The notes under the pieces were generated by a model. That model saw nothing but the letters and a program-made list of their open reading frames with translations. It had not been told where the DNA came from and searched no databases. Both the position numbers and the translations under genes were made by a program. From Protoeuglena noctilucae (lineage: Eukaryota), in assembly GCA_958009085.1 (NCBI GenBank), contig OY253673.1:558001-622000 (forward strand): 64,000 bases of DNA. The letters are read 5' to 3'. Shown here piece after piece: positions 39,732 through 52,818 of this stretch (position 1 is its first letter; each line of letters opens with the position of its first letter).

Positions 39732-42673
39732 TCACGGCAACGGCTGGCGCCGGCGTGCGCGGACAAACGGCGCGGCAGACGCAGCGAGGGTCCCCTCGCC
39801 GCCACCCGCCGCGCTGGCCGGCGCCGCGTCTTCGGACCCGGCAGGCAAGTGCACTTTGACCAGCTTGGGCGGCGTGCGTACATGCGCACCGTCCACGCGG
39901 GCGTACCGGCCAAACGCGCCTTCCGCGCCGTCAGCACGGTACCCGTCCGAATCTGATCCGAACCCGAACCCGGCGGGCTGCGGCTTTGAGGCCTGCGGAC
40001 GAGCGAAGGGTGCAGCGCAGCTCAGCACTGCTCCACGCATTGCGTGCAGCGATGCTCCAGCAACCGATACGCAGCCAACAAGAAATCGTGTTACTCACCG
40101 GTCGCACGGTGCGCTGCGTTGTATCCACGGATTCCACGACCTGCAGCTCCCAAGCAGAGCGCATGTGCGTGCGCTGCTGGGCGCCGCCTGTGGGCGCGGC
40201 GTGTGCTGGGGACGTGACCTCTTCCCCAGAGCTGCCGCCCGACGCCTCCGCTTGCGCCCGGAGTTCCGGCGGCAGCTCCTGCTGCGGGCCGCGGGCCCTC
40301 GGGCCGGGCCCCGCCACGGCTGGCACGGCCGCTTCCACCCGCTCCACCGGGCTCAGCCCCGTCCCGCCCTCGCCGCCTCTCCGCCCGCGCTTCGCCTTGT
40401 GATCTAGCAGATGCGCCGTCGCTGGCGTGTCTCCCGGCTGGTCCCCTGCCTCCGACCCCGACCCATCGCCCCTGCCCGCAGCACCCCGGTACACGGGGGC
40501 GTCCCTCCCATCAAACGACCCGCGGGACTCCCGGTCGTCGTCCTCCCCGGCCTCGTCCACGCGGGCCACCGGAGCGTCTCCCGGCACCCTCGCGCGGGCC
40601 CACGAGTTGCCGCCGGCGTGCGCCCCGAGCGGCGATGGGTGCGACGCGCCCGACACAGACGGACTGGGGCCGCCCTGGTGGCCCGGGCGCAACCCGCCGG
40701 GCCGCGAGCCGGGCGTCGGGAGCGACGACAGCGGGCGGCTGGTCACCGAGTCGTCTGAATCCGACCCCGCCGCGTCCTGGGCCGCGCGAGCCACAGCACC
40801 GACCGAGTCCGGGCTGTGGGGCCGCTGCGTCGGCATAGCCCAGGTCCCGCCCCGAGCCGCGCCCTGCCCCGACGATGGACGTGCTTCGGTCGTGGTTCCC
40901 TTGGGCTTTGTCGCGGTCGCCAGGGCGTTGGCCGTCGACGGCCTCGTCTTGGGCCCGAGGTCCTTCTCGCGCACCTCTGAGGTGGCCCTCCTCTCGCTGT
41001 CACCATCGCCTCCTGCGCGCACGCCGCAGTGTGGGACGCTTCACTCTCTCCTCAGGCAAGGGGCCATGCACCATCCGATGGCCGCGCCCACTTGGTGCAT
41101 CCCCCGCAGCGGCCTCACCCGCGATGGTGGCGGCAGCCAGGTCCTCCGCCAACGACCGCACTTCTTCGCTCACGTCCCCCGACCGCCCGGAGCTCTTTGC
41201 GTCCTCGTGGATCAGCGCCAACCGAATGGGAAGCGCAGGGACGCGCGGCGGCCTCTCTTCCCTCGGCTTGCCCTGCGGCCGCCGCGCGAGGCCCTCCCCC
41301 GGCCGGTTGCTACGCTCGTCCTTCCCCCGCGTGCGCCCCTCGGACGTGTAGTCGGGCATGAAGCGGCGCCTGCGTTGCGCGTGACGAGTGGACCTGGTCA
41401 TACGGGCGGCCTAGGAGCGGCGCATGCGATGGAAGGAAGCAAGAGCAACAGGCGCGTGGAGAGCCAGACGGCCGCGGGGGGTCGCGGCGGGCCCTCACCG
41501 GTCCGATTCCCGGTCCCTGGGTGCAGCGCCCATGTCGCTGGACGTCCCCGCTCCCCCCGGGGCACCCTGGCCGGCCGCGGCCGAGTCTTGGCCCATCTCT
41601 GTGCCGAAGGGCGTCACGATCGATTCCGGGATGCCGCGCGAAGACACGGCGTCGTCCTCGAGGACCCAAAGCCCCGCGGCCAACACGTCGCGCTTGTCCT
41701 TCGCGATCAGCGCCTCCCGGTACTGTCGTATCCGCTCACGTCTGCAGGAGCAAAGCACGGACAGTTGGAGACGCTCACGGGCCACGCGCGCGGCCGGGGG
41801 CCATTGCGCAAAGGGCGAAAACCATGCTACGGTCTGCACACCCCCCGCACGGAGTGGACGATCCCGTGCGAGGTCAGAGAGGAGCGGCATGGAACATGCT
41901 CAACATATGCGTCCACCGACCGCCCGCGCACCGTTCTGCCGCGTCCGACTCCTGCTCGCTTTCGAACTCCAGCCCGCGGCGCTCGATGAAGACGGGCACC
42001 TCCTCGGCAGCGCCGACAGGCTTCATGGTCGGCCCCGAGGGACTGTAAATTGTACCCTCGGCCTCGACCACGGGGGCCGACGTGGGCAGGGACAGGGCCG
42101 CAGCATCGCCCGCGTCCGGCACCGGCGTGCTGTCCGGTAACCGCTCCGAATGCTGGCTGGAGAGATCGACCTCTGCGCGGATGTCGCGCTCCGATCGCTC
42201 GCTCTTGAATCCTGCCGACAGGCCGGGGCTGGTCGCCCTGCCAGAAGGGCTGAGCGGCGTGGGGCCCAGACGCCCTGCGCGGAGGGGCCGGAGACCAAGT
42301 GACCCAGCTGGTCTTTGGACAGAAAACGTGCTGGCGGGCATCAGCTTGCATCCCTGCCGGGCCAAAAGCCGGTTCACTCCGCAATCCGACCGGACCACAA
42401 ACCACCCCCGCGGGCGGCGAAAGCAGCGCATATGGATAATAAGGAGCCTGCTTACCTTTCTCTTTCGCTTTTGTGGCAACTTGGAGACCCTGGCTCGACG
42501 TCTCCCCGCTGCAAGAAGTGTCCCACTCGCCTGTGGGCAAGTCGTGGCGTGAGCAGGTCGTCAGCGGGCCGGTGCTTCCCGCGCCGGGCAGCACGTGATT
42601 TGCCGAGAGGGCAGGCATTCGCACAGGCAAACGGATTTTCCGCCGCTTGGCCGTGCGCGCCGCGATCGGGCAC
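39732..42673 (-). CDS. Large low-complexity (S/P/G/R-rich) hypothetical protein; both ends uncertain
   Basis: Long - strand frames separated by plausible donors (e.g. AG|GTAAGC near 42455); no recognisable domain. Confidence 0.45.
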
Positions 42674-43113
42674 AGGTGCTGTTCAGGATCGCACGCAGGC
42701 TGCAAGCCCCCCGGCGAGGCCGCTGCTCACGTGTCCCCTCGGAAGGCCTTCCCGAAGCGTTACTCTTGCTCCCCAGCCGTTTAGATCCAAAGCAGTGCAG
42801 GACGAAGCCCACAAAGCTCATTCTTCTGCGGGCCGCAACGCCGCACTCGAGCGACGACTCCCCGCCCCGCCCGCTGGGGGAGGCCACTCGCAACCACTGC
42901 TGGGACCCTTCCACCGCAAGCGACGCGCGTGTTCCTTTCACGGGCCTTTCCAGGTTATCGCTAGCTAGACATGGCTCGGCTACAACAACGCCGGCGCCCG
43001 GACGCTGCTGGACATGACATGGGCGAGCACTTGTTCAACGCGAAGCTCGCCGAGGAGTGAAAGGGACGCAACACATCTGGCAGAAACACCTCTGGCAGAG
43101 CACGGTAGCGTCG

Positions 43114-44972
43114 CTAGGGCTGCAAAGAGAACGCCCGCGCGGTGCCGTCATCGGAAGCCGTAACGCAAGCGCTGCCGTCTGAGCTCAGCGCCAGGTCCAT
43201 GATGGGCTCAACGTGGCCCTCCCGCCGGATGACGCATGTCGCGGTTCGGCAGTCCCAAACGCGCACGCAGCCGTCTGCGAACGAAAAGGAGACCAGCGGC
43301 TTCGTACTCATCAGCGAACACCTCCAGATGGCGACGTGACGCAAAGCCAAACCATTCTGCACACTTGCCTACGCACGCCGTGACGGCCAGGGGCGCGCTC
43401 GGGTGCCAGCGCAGCCGTACGACGGCCTTCCCCTCCGGATGCGCGCAGACGCCTCGCATCTGCATGCTGCCCATGTCCCACAGGCACAACTTCCCTGCAA
43501 GCGGCAAAGAGTGAGCGCCACGTTGGGAACACAGCCAAGCACCGCCATGCCCCTTCCCACAGCACCGCGTGCCTCCGCGCACCCGTGACGTCCCCAGTAG
43601 CCGCGATCGGCAGAAGAGGGCAGAACCCGGCTGTCTCCACGGTGTCCTCGTGCCCTCCCGCCAGAGAACCCAGCGGCCGGCCCGTGGCGAGGTTGCTGAC
43701 AAACACAGCCCCGTCTTCCCCGCCCGTCAGACACGCCTGTCCATCCGCGTGGACGTCGAGACACAGGATGCCGGCCTCGTGGAACGGGGCAGACGACCGG
43801 TCCACCATCTGCGCACACTCCCCGGTCCTGGGCGTCCACACCCGCACCGTGCCGTCCAGAGACCCCGTCACGGCCGCGCGGCCGTCAGGGACGAACCGCC
43901 CGCAAGACACTGTGGCGGGGAAGCGAGATGAGATGGTGTTTTCGGACGTGAACCGACACACGCGCCATCCACGCGACCCCCGCCAGCCTCACCCGCATCG
44001 CTGTGCCCCGAGAAGACCTGCATGCAAGTCCCCGCGTCCGCGTTCCACATCCAAGCAGTGAAGTCCGCCGAGCCCGCCAGCACCACGTGCCCCTTGGGGT
44101 GCCACGCCAGCCACTCGATGCTGTCGCCGGGACCGTCGCAAACGGACTGCGGACCAAAGGGCTCTTTAAAGGATGTGAGTTGGCTTGCGCGTCGCAAGAC
44201 GGGATTCCAAATGGTACCTAGTTACCGCTAGGAGGGCGTGCCCCGTCCGCACCTTGCGGGCGCCCGTGGATGCATCCCAAACCAAGACTCGGCCGTCCAT
44301 TCCACCCGTGGCGACAAGCGCGCCATCTTCAGAGAAGGCCGCACACGACACCGAGTCGGAGTGCCCGGCAAGCTCGGCACACGAGGAAGGGTTGTCGGCT
44401 CGCCAGAGGAAGCCCCGGTCGTCGCCGCCCCCGCTCACAACTGCGCCGGACACCGGTGACCACGCGACGCAGTAGACTGCCTCCCCATTCTGCGGGCACT
44501 CGGCAGTGCCGGGCCGGCGATCTGTGGCCGCCGGACGCCGCCGGCAAAACAGGCAGGGCCGGCGCGTGCGCTCACGTGACCAGAGAAGACGGCCACGGCG
44601 TCATCGCGCTCAGGAACGGTAGAAGGACCCTCCTCGTCATCGTCGTCCATCTGCGACCGTGGCATCGTCGAGAGAGGGATCACATAAGTACAGCGCTTTG
44701 TTCTGCGTGCCACCCGAGGCATGAGGTGGCGCGGTCACCTCCTCATATCCTTCTTCACCGTCGTGGCCCTCCTCTCCTGCCCCTGCGCAACAGGCAGGTG
44801 TGGAAGGGGTGCCAGCAGTGTGTGAGACGCTGGAAGCGTACAAGAGAGCAGCAATGCACTCCTCGGGTGCCGGCGTCACACCTGTCAAGTCATGGAGCAC
44901 CTCCCCATCGACGACGCCCTCGCCCTGGACGTTTAAGAAGTCCCCGTCCCCACCGTCGTCACCGGCCTGCAT
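43114..44972 (-). CDS. AAMP: AAMP/Sqt1-like WD40 protein (uL16 chaperone family)
   Basis: Acidic N-terminus, DDAVAVFSGH, SGGGDDRGFLW, GHSDSVSCAAFS..ATGGMDG, IEWLAWHPKGHVVLAGSADFTAWMW, CGRFVPDG. Confidence 0.85.
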
Positions 44973-45272
44973 TCTCGCGACTGTATAAGCAGCTGTGCCT
45001 TGCGCTCTCGCTTCCTATCCTGGTGAACAGCAACATGGATTCCTGATCCGCTGCTACTGTGCTTTCGTTCGCTGGCAACGCTGCAGAACCCTAGCAGGGT
45101 CTTCCCCTCCGCATTGTCGCAATGAGTGGCTGGGCAACCGCTCCTCCTGCCCTCATCTCGTTGCCACCGACTGCAGAGTGGCTAGGCGATTATTGGACGA
45201 CGACATATTGACGAGAACGCCGCGCACGCAAGGCCAGCCCATGGCACGTCGCATGTCTGGTTTGGCTGAAGA

Positions 45273-48200
45273 ATGATAGCGCTGCACAGATGTAGGTTTG
45301 TCGATTGGACGCCCAGCCCGGCGGTCGCCGTCGCGTCCTCGTCCTGCGGGTCTTTGATGGCCGTCGGGAGGGAGTCAGGTGGGCTCCGCGCGCTGTCCCG
45401 ATGTCACCGCTGCCCCGCGTAAGCTGCCGCTTGCCATGCTCATCCCGTTGCGTGTGATCTTGTAGCGGTTGGCCTCGCAGGAGAGCTTGCCGGTCGGGCA
45501 GTCCGTGCGGCAGCCGCCCGCGTTTGCACTCCCCGCTTGGCCCTCCAACTCGACCCGACTTGATGCCGATGTGATCTCCGATAATGACGCAGGCGATGTC
45601 GAGGTTTGGGACGTCGAGACGTACCACTGCCAGCACAAATTCGCTGCCTGCGCGGAAGGCACGCTGTCGTCCCTCGCGTTCGCGCCGCCGGCGGGACCAG
45701 GCGCGCCGCACACCCTGCTTATCGGCGCTCTGGATGGGACCATCAAGCTCTGGCCGGTCGGCTCCGCGCATGCCGCGTGCGTCGCGGACTCTATGGGCGG
45801 TGCAGTGTGGTCCCTCGCCGTCACTCGAGGTGAGACCTCACGTGCGACCACGCATGTTGCCTGCCCGGGCCTGTTGCAATTCACAGTCCGCGGACCTACC
45901 CTGTCTGGCCCTGCAGGTCCTGCAGAGTCGCGAGGAGACACTCAAGCAGATGCCGACGCGCCACCTGCCGAGGTGCATGTGGCAGCAGGGTGCGACGACG
46001 GCTCGGCTCGCGTGTTTGAGGTCGATGCCGTCGCGGGCGAGCTGCGGTACTACCGCACCACGCCGCGCGTGGAGGGGCGGGTGCTGGTGAGGGAGGGTGG
46101 CACACTGGGCTGCTCCCTGGCAACCCAGCCACCCGTCACCCGCGCTGGCGGTTGGGATGTGCCGTGGCAGCAACCCCAACCGTTTATCTCTACGCGCCGC
46201 GCGCAGTCTGTGGCGTGGCACCCGTCGGCGTACCTCCTGGTGGCCGGCACAAGCGAGGGGGCGGTGCACAGCTTCGACCCAAGCAAGCAGCGCGAGCTGC
46301 TCCGCATGACGGTGGGCGGGGCCACGCGGGAGGGCGCTGCGGCGGTATGGGCCGTCGCAGCTCTTGCGACGGGCGAGGTCGTCACGGGGGACTCCCACGG
46401 CCGAGTACGGTGGTTTGACGGCGCGACGGGGGCGCAGACGGCGTCGCTGGGCGTCCACGCCGCCGACGTCCTCGCGCTCGCTGCTTCTCGCGACGGCCGG
46501 AGCGTGGTGGCCGCGGGCGTGGATCACCAGGTCGCGCTCTTCCGGTGAGCTGCAAACGTGCTGTGCTGCAGCCCGCGGGAACGTGATGTGCAGCGCCGCG
46601 TCCGGTCACTGACTGGAGCGTGCCGGCCTGGCGTCGCAGGTGCATCGACACCCCCGCGGGGCCCACGCAATGGGTGTACGTGGCGAGCAAGCGGCCCCAC
46701 ACCCACGACGTGCGCGGACTTGTGCTGCTCCCCTCGCGCGATGGGCCCGAGACGGACCTCGTTGCGTCCTGCGCCAATGATGCCCAGGTCGTCCTGTACA
46801 GGTGAGCCTGTCCTGTGACACTAAACCCGACCCACTCGCACATCGAGCCCCATTCCTCGGTCAGGCTATGGGACTGGCCATAGCTTGCTACCCTCGCAAC
46901 GCGAGCCGTACTCGACTGCACCCTATCGCGGCCACTGCCTGCCGACTCACTTGGAGCTGCTGCCCCGCCGTCGCCCCCGCAGCATGGCTCGATTCGAGAA
47001 ACAGCACCCGTCCCGGCTGACCACTGCCCCAGATGCGCCGTCCGTGTCCTGCGTGCCGGGGCCCAAGGACCTTCTCCTCAGCAGGCACCGCGCGCACGTG
47101 GACCTGTGGCACCTGCCGGCCTGCCCCACCCCGGATGCGACGACCCCGGAAGGGTCGCTCCTGGACGTGGATGCGGCTCCTGAGCTCCTGTGCCGCGTGC
47201 GGCTCAAGACGAGCGGCAGGCTCCTTGCGGCCGCGTGCAGCGCCGATGGGAGATACGTGGCGGCGTCGGACGACCGATCGACACGGGTGTTCCTGGCGTC
47301 AGACACGGGGGAGGCGGCGCGCGTCCGGGAGGGGCTGCCGGCCGCCTCGGCGCTCGTCTTCTTGGGGCCGCAGCACTTTGCGCTCGCTGGGGTGTCGGGG
47401 GGGCTCTGGGTGTATGACTTGGGTGCCGATGCGGACGCACCGCCCACCAAGCTCTTGTCGGGTCCCAAGGAGGGTGCCAAGCGGGAGGACCCCATATCGG
47501 TGCTCGAGACCGACGGCGCTCTGCTGGTCGCGTGCGCCCGGCGCCAGGCTTGGCTGTTCGACTGGCCGGCCAACAAGCAGCGCCACCCAGTCCCGGTGCC
47601 CAACGGTCCCGTCACGTGCGCGTCTGTGAGCAGCGCTCACGGCCTGGTGTTGCTGGCGACCGCGGAGAACGACGTGACCCTCTACGATGTGGCGTCCCGC
47701 AAGGTGACTGGGGCTTTAGGTTGTCGATAGTCGGGGCCTGTCCTGGCTTTTGCAACCACCCATGCTAGTGTGCGCATCGCCTCGCTGACCACCCCGGCTG
47801 GTCACTCGCAGGTCGTGGAGCTCCCCGCGCTGCCGGACAGCACCCTCAGCGACCGCCTGGCTGCCATGCCGGGGACCATCCACTGTGCGGCCCTCCACCC
47901 CACCTCGCGGGGCGTGGCTGTCCTGGCCACCTCGTCCGCCTTCTGCGTCGTGGACTTTTTCAAAGTATCGGAGAAGGTGAGGAGTCGCTCTTGCCAGCGC
48001 ACCTACCCGTGGGCCCCCCAGGCGCAAGCACTTGCGCCGTCACTCCGGCTGCGATCGACGTGTCTACCGTGACGGCCCCACTGCAGAAGGAGCCGCGTAA
48101 GCGCCGCCGGACGTCAACCTATCGTCCACCGGACATGCTCGGGGGGCCGCGGGACAACGGCCGGGTCCTGTTGCTGGAGAACCCCTGCCTTGCACTGCGG

Positions 48201-48299
48201 TTCCTGCCCAGTGGCGCGCTGGCCATGGTAGAGAAACCCTGGGCAGACGTGCTGCTGACCCTGCCCGCACCTCTACACCGCAAAACCTTCGGAGAGTGA
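45273..48299 (+). CDS. UTP4: U3 snoRNA-associated protein 4 (UTP4/Cirhin), WD40
   Basis: MIALHRCRFVDWTPS..AVGRESGDVEVW, GGAVWSLA, GCDDG, VTGDSHG..HAADVLAL, HTHDVR, C-terminal VEKPWADVLLTLPAPLHRKTFG. Confidence 0.88.
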
Positions 48300-48446
48300 C
48301 GCTGGCTGCGGCAATTGTTTGGGCTGGTACGCTATGAACCTTGGTGCAGCTGCACGTTTCGACGCCCAGGTTGGGACGCCCTGTTGCGTGCGGCGTTCAA
48401 CTGGTGGCCCATTCGCATGTTGGGGACCTCCAACAGCCAATTCGCT

Positions 48447-50167
48447 TTAAACCTCCGAGGCCTTCGGGACCCGCTGCGCCCGGTACAGCAGCAGGTAGGC
48501 CATGTGCCAGTCCCCCCCGCCCGCGAGCGCCAGAATCTCCTCCTCCTTGCGCACGGTCAGGTCGTCGTCGTCGTAGAGCACCCAGCTCCCGTCGGCCTGC
48601 TTGCACCACGCCACGTAGTGACCCGAGTCGGCAGAACGCCCCTTGTGTGTCAGGACCGCCGCCAGCTCGTACCGCCCCGTCATGCGCCCCTCCATCGCCA
48701 CCGCCTCGACGCTCAGCTCCCCCGGCGCCACCCCCGCCGCCGTCGTCGCGCCCTCCCCGCCGCGCCCCCCCTCCATGTCCACGTCTCCCTCCTTCGCCGC
48801 CCCCTCCGTCTTGGGCCGCTTCGCCTCCCCTTCCACCGCCTCCGCCGCCCCCGCCTCCCCCTTGGCCTCCGCCTTGCCCAGGTTCTTCCGGTGCACCCGC
48901 AGGTCCTCGACCTCCTTGAGCGCCGCGCGGGGACCGTCCAGCTCCTTCTGCACGGCCTCGGTGCAGACGTCGTAAAGGTCAAGCACCACGGGGAAGCCGA
49001 CCTTGCGGAGGATCTTGGCCTTCTGCTGCACGTCGACTTTGTAGAAGAACCGGACCATGTGCACCGTCAGCCAGGGCGGGAGGCGGCTGATGCGCGACTG
49101 GCCCTCCCAGTCGGCCGTGCGGCCCAGGCGCTCGCTCGCACGCTCCCGCTTCTCCTCCAACGCCACCTTGATGCCCTCCAGGAGGTGGTTGACCGACTGG
49201 TTGATGTTGCACTGCGAGGGGGCCGCACGGGTCGGGGACTCGCGCACTCCGAAGCGCCCACACACCGCTCCGTGTACGCGTTGCCACGCCCGGCACCGCT
49301 GCGTGCCCCAAGCCCCACCTTGAGCATGAGCTGGCTCGTGCGCTCCTCCCACGTCTCGCCCGTCCCCGCGCACGTCAGCTTGGCCTCGAACCCGATCTCA
49401 AACAGGCCCCTCAGCGGCGGGGCACCGTCTCCCATGTGTGCTGCGTCGACGCGCTGGCTGAGGACGTTCAGCAGGCCCGTCCAGCACTCCTCGGCGTCCT
49501 GCTGCATCGGCATGCCCTCCGCCCCGGTCTGCGCGAACTGCGGGAACATGTCCCGCAGAACAGCGAGGAAGGCCATGGGCGTCACGGGGGGTCCCTTGGA
49601 GCTCTCCAGCGCCTGGAAGAGGCCGCGCGTCGAGAGCGCCATGCGCTGCAGCGAGCCGGTGGCCCCTCCGTCCGTTAATCCCTGCAGCGCCTGGCGCAGC
49701 TCCGGCACGCGGAAGAGGCACTGCACGGTCGCGTTCATGTAGCACGTGTTGCCCAGGTTCGTCAGCCCCGCGCCGTACGCCCGCGTGTCCTGCGCCGCCT
49801 GCTCCGCCTCGGGGAGGTCCTCCACGAACTCGATACGCTGCTTGGGCGCCTCAATCGGCTTCTCCGCCGTGCCCATCATCATGAGCTTGGCGCCGTCCTT
49901 CAGACCCGTCGACGACCAGTCCGCGTCGTCGCGCAGGAGGCCGCCCTGCGGGCACGGCGAGATTCCGGCCATCGCAAGCAGCCTTCACGCGTGGTCCGCG
50001 AGCGCGATCCCCCAGCGAGGCCCACGCACCTTGACCATGATCTTCTGCCGCTCGGCCGGGACGCCCGTCAGGGACTCGAGCTGCGCCTTGAACAGGGCCG
50101 GCGGCTGCGCTGTGTCCACCTCGATGTCGAAGGTCTCCTTCTGCCATTTGACGGTGACCTTCAGCAT
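48447..50167 (-). CDS. UBP6: Proteasome-associated deubiquitinase UBP6/USP14
   Basis: UBL domain MLKVTVKWQKE..LTGVPAERQKIMVKGGLL; Cys box GLTNLGNTCYMNA; QQDAEEC; His box THKGRSADSGHYVAW..GGGDWHMAY. Confidence 0.96.
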
Positions 50168-50684
50168 GGTGGCGCGCTGCGGGGGGCGCCGGTGTTGAGG
50201 TCGCGTTTTTTTAAGATCCCGTCGACATAGGAAGACCCATGGCAGCGCGTCGTCTAGGGTTGGACGATACAAGTCTCAGCAACGCAGTATCCGCGGCCGC
50301 CATGCTCAGAATCGCACCTCGTGCCGCTTGTTCGGTGTCCCGACGCTCCTAACGCGCAGACGCAGCGATGATGCCCCGTCCTTCGTACACAGCAGTTGTA
50401 AGGAATGTGCGTTGCGGTGGTGGATGCGGTGGCTGCAATGGCAGCGAGCCCCGCTGGCGTCAGGACGAGTGCGCTGGCGCCAGGACCGTGGCCTCGTGTG
50501 AAACGTGCTTACAGCTCGCCGTCCTCCACAGGGCAACATACAGCGACACATTGGTGGCTCTGCACTTGCGCTGAGGAGCTGTGAGCCGGGTCTTTGCGGG
50601 CCTTGCTTTTCCCCGGGCCCTCGGCCACCACCCAGGAGTGCTGGCGAGCGGCTGTTGTCGCGAACTTCTTAGTCTCTGCTCGCC

Positions 50685-52644
50685 ATGGCGGAGAAGGTCA
50701 CTCGCACGGACGATGCGAGCACGAATGATGGGGTGGGTCGCGTGGCGCCAGCCGTGTGGGCGTCTGCTGCGGCTGCGGCTGTGAAATCACACTTCGTTGC
50801 GTGTATGCTTGGCTGGCGAGCTCACGCGCGGCAGGGACGGAGGGTGTGGGCTCACGAGCGGGCTACATGTCGCCGCAGGGGTCGGGGCGGTCCACACCCA
50901 CGATGCAGCCCAAGCGAACGCTGAGACAGAAGCTCATGGAAAAGCTTTCAGCGGCAACGGAGGCGTCCAATGTCATTCAGACCCAGGTGCGCGCCGCGTG
51001 AGGCTCAGCGGAAAGTCGAGAAACGTGTCCTTGCTTCTTGGCTCGCCGAGTCCCGAGCCGTCCCGTGCAGATGCCGTGTTTGGCACTTGACTCGTTGTTG
51101 TCGGTGCAAGACTTGCCAATAACGGCCGGCAGAGTTTGCGCAGCCCGCATGACCTGCAACGCGTCTCCCTTGCTCCCCGCCGCAGGTTTTGACCGTGGAC
51201 CGCCGGACGCTGGCCATTGAGATGCTCGTGAAGGGATGTCCGGGCGCGTACATCGACTTTTTCTTCCTGACGCACAAGGACCTCATCGAGTCGGAGCGCC
51301 CGTCGGACGCCGAGCTCATCGCGCGCGGGATCGACCCGGAGAGGCACGAGGTCCACAACAACATGTCTCCGGAGGCGATGCGTCTGCTGCGAGAGCACCT
51401 GGTGCAGGCGGAGGCCTGCCAGCGCGCCGGGGATGTGGAGGGCGTATACGCGGCGTGGGAGAAGGCCGCGCAGTACTTCGTCGGGACCCACGAGTACAAG
51501 ACGGGGGCGTATTTCTACTCCAAGTGTCTCCACGTCGCCGCCTCCACGGGCTGGGTCCACGGCGAGATGGACGCCAACCTCAACCTGGGCCTGGTGTCGG
51601 AGCAGCTGGGGCGCATGGAGGACGCCGTTTCGTACCACGAGCGGCACCTGCAGCTTGCGAGGCAGCACGGCACCCCGGGCGACCGCGAGCAAGCCGAGCG
51701 CAACCTGTTGGACCTGTATGCGCGGCAGGCGGACGCGGCACACGCACGCGGCGACTTTGCGGCCGAGGAGCACAGCCTGCGGCAGATGGCGCTCGCGGCG
51801 ACGCTGGCGGGCAACCGGTCGGCGGAGGGCGACGCCGCGCTGCGGATGGGCCAGAGCTTGATACGCAGCGGACAGCTCATCGAAGCCCTGGAGGTGCGTA
51901 AGGGATGACCCCTGCCCTGCCTGCCATGCAGCAATGACGGCACCGGGAGCTGTCTGTGGCCTTCGGACGATGAGAGCCGCGAGCGTATGCGTCCTCTCCC
52001 GCGCAGTCCCTTCGGCTGGTGCTGGACATCGCACGGGAGCTGGGCAGCGTGCGGCGCGAGGGTGCGGCCCACCACTTGATTGGGCGGTGCCTGGACCGCC
52101 TCAAGCGCACGGACGAGGCCATGGCAAGCCTGGATGAGTTCAGGTAAGAGGACGAGTGCTCGAGCTGTGGGTGTTGTGAAGGTGCCTCGCCACGGGCAGT
52201 TCGAGAGCTCGGCCCAGGGACACCCGAACGTGCCTCTCGCGCGTCGCTCGCAGGCGGCTTTCCTTCCTGGAGGCGGAGGGCCCGGGGGGCAAGATGGAGC
52301 CGGACTACGCGGGGGTGGCGGAGGCGTCGTGTGAGATGGGGCACATCCGCTTCCGTCGTGGGGAGTTCCGGGAAGCCGCGGTGCATTTCGCCGAGTTCTA
52401 CGCCATGGCTCGGCGGCTCGGGGACGTGCGGCGGTTGCAGGCGGCCAAGATCAACCTGGGGGCAGCGCGGGCGATGGCGATGCGAGGGGCGTTTCTGGGC
52501 AAAGTGCGCGAGGACCTCGGGGCGGTGCTGGCGTGGAAAGCGACGCGAGAGCCTTTCTGCGGAGAGGACGAGTTCGTGCCCCTCACGTCCGCGACCGAGG
52601 ATCGTACGCTGCGGGAGGCCATGTCGGTGGTTGACGACGCATGA
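50685..52644 (+). CDS. TPR protein, TTC29-like (axonemal dynein-associated)
   Basis: LAIEMLVKG..YIDFFFLTH region, TPR-like repeats (ANLNLGLVSEQLGRMEDAVSYHERHL), C-terminal AKINLGAAR..LAWK. Confidence 0.68.
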
Positions 52645-52818
52645 TGACCGTGCATCGTGACGTGATGTAGCGTGATGACTGCGCTTCAAGCGCTGTGCAA
52701 CATACGCGGAGCTGCACTGGCGCGCCGATGCGCGGCTGTAGAGAGGACGTCAGGGTGGTTACATGCGGTGTGAACCATGATGATCAGTGTCCGTAGTTGT
52801 GGCCTTTGCCCTCCAGCG

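Noticed and set aside
43069..43099. Tandem 15-bp near-duplicate ACAC(A/C)TCTGGCAGA after the AAMP stop
   Set aside because: A simple local duplication in a 3' UTR with no further structure
50507..50586. 11-bp stem GCTTACAGCTC/GAGCTGTGAGC upstream of the TTC29-like gene, and a U6-like GGACGATACA at ~50262
   Set aside because: Isolated short matches are expected by chance; no snRNA, SRP or RNase P/MRP consensus continues around them
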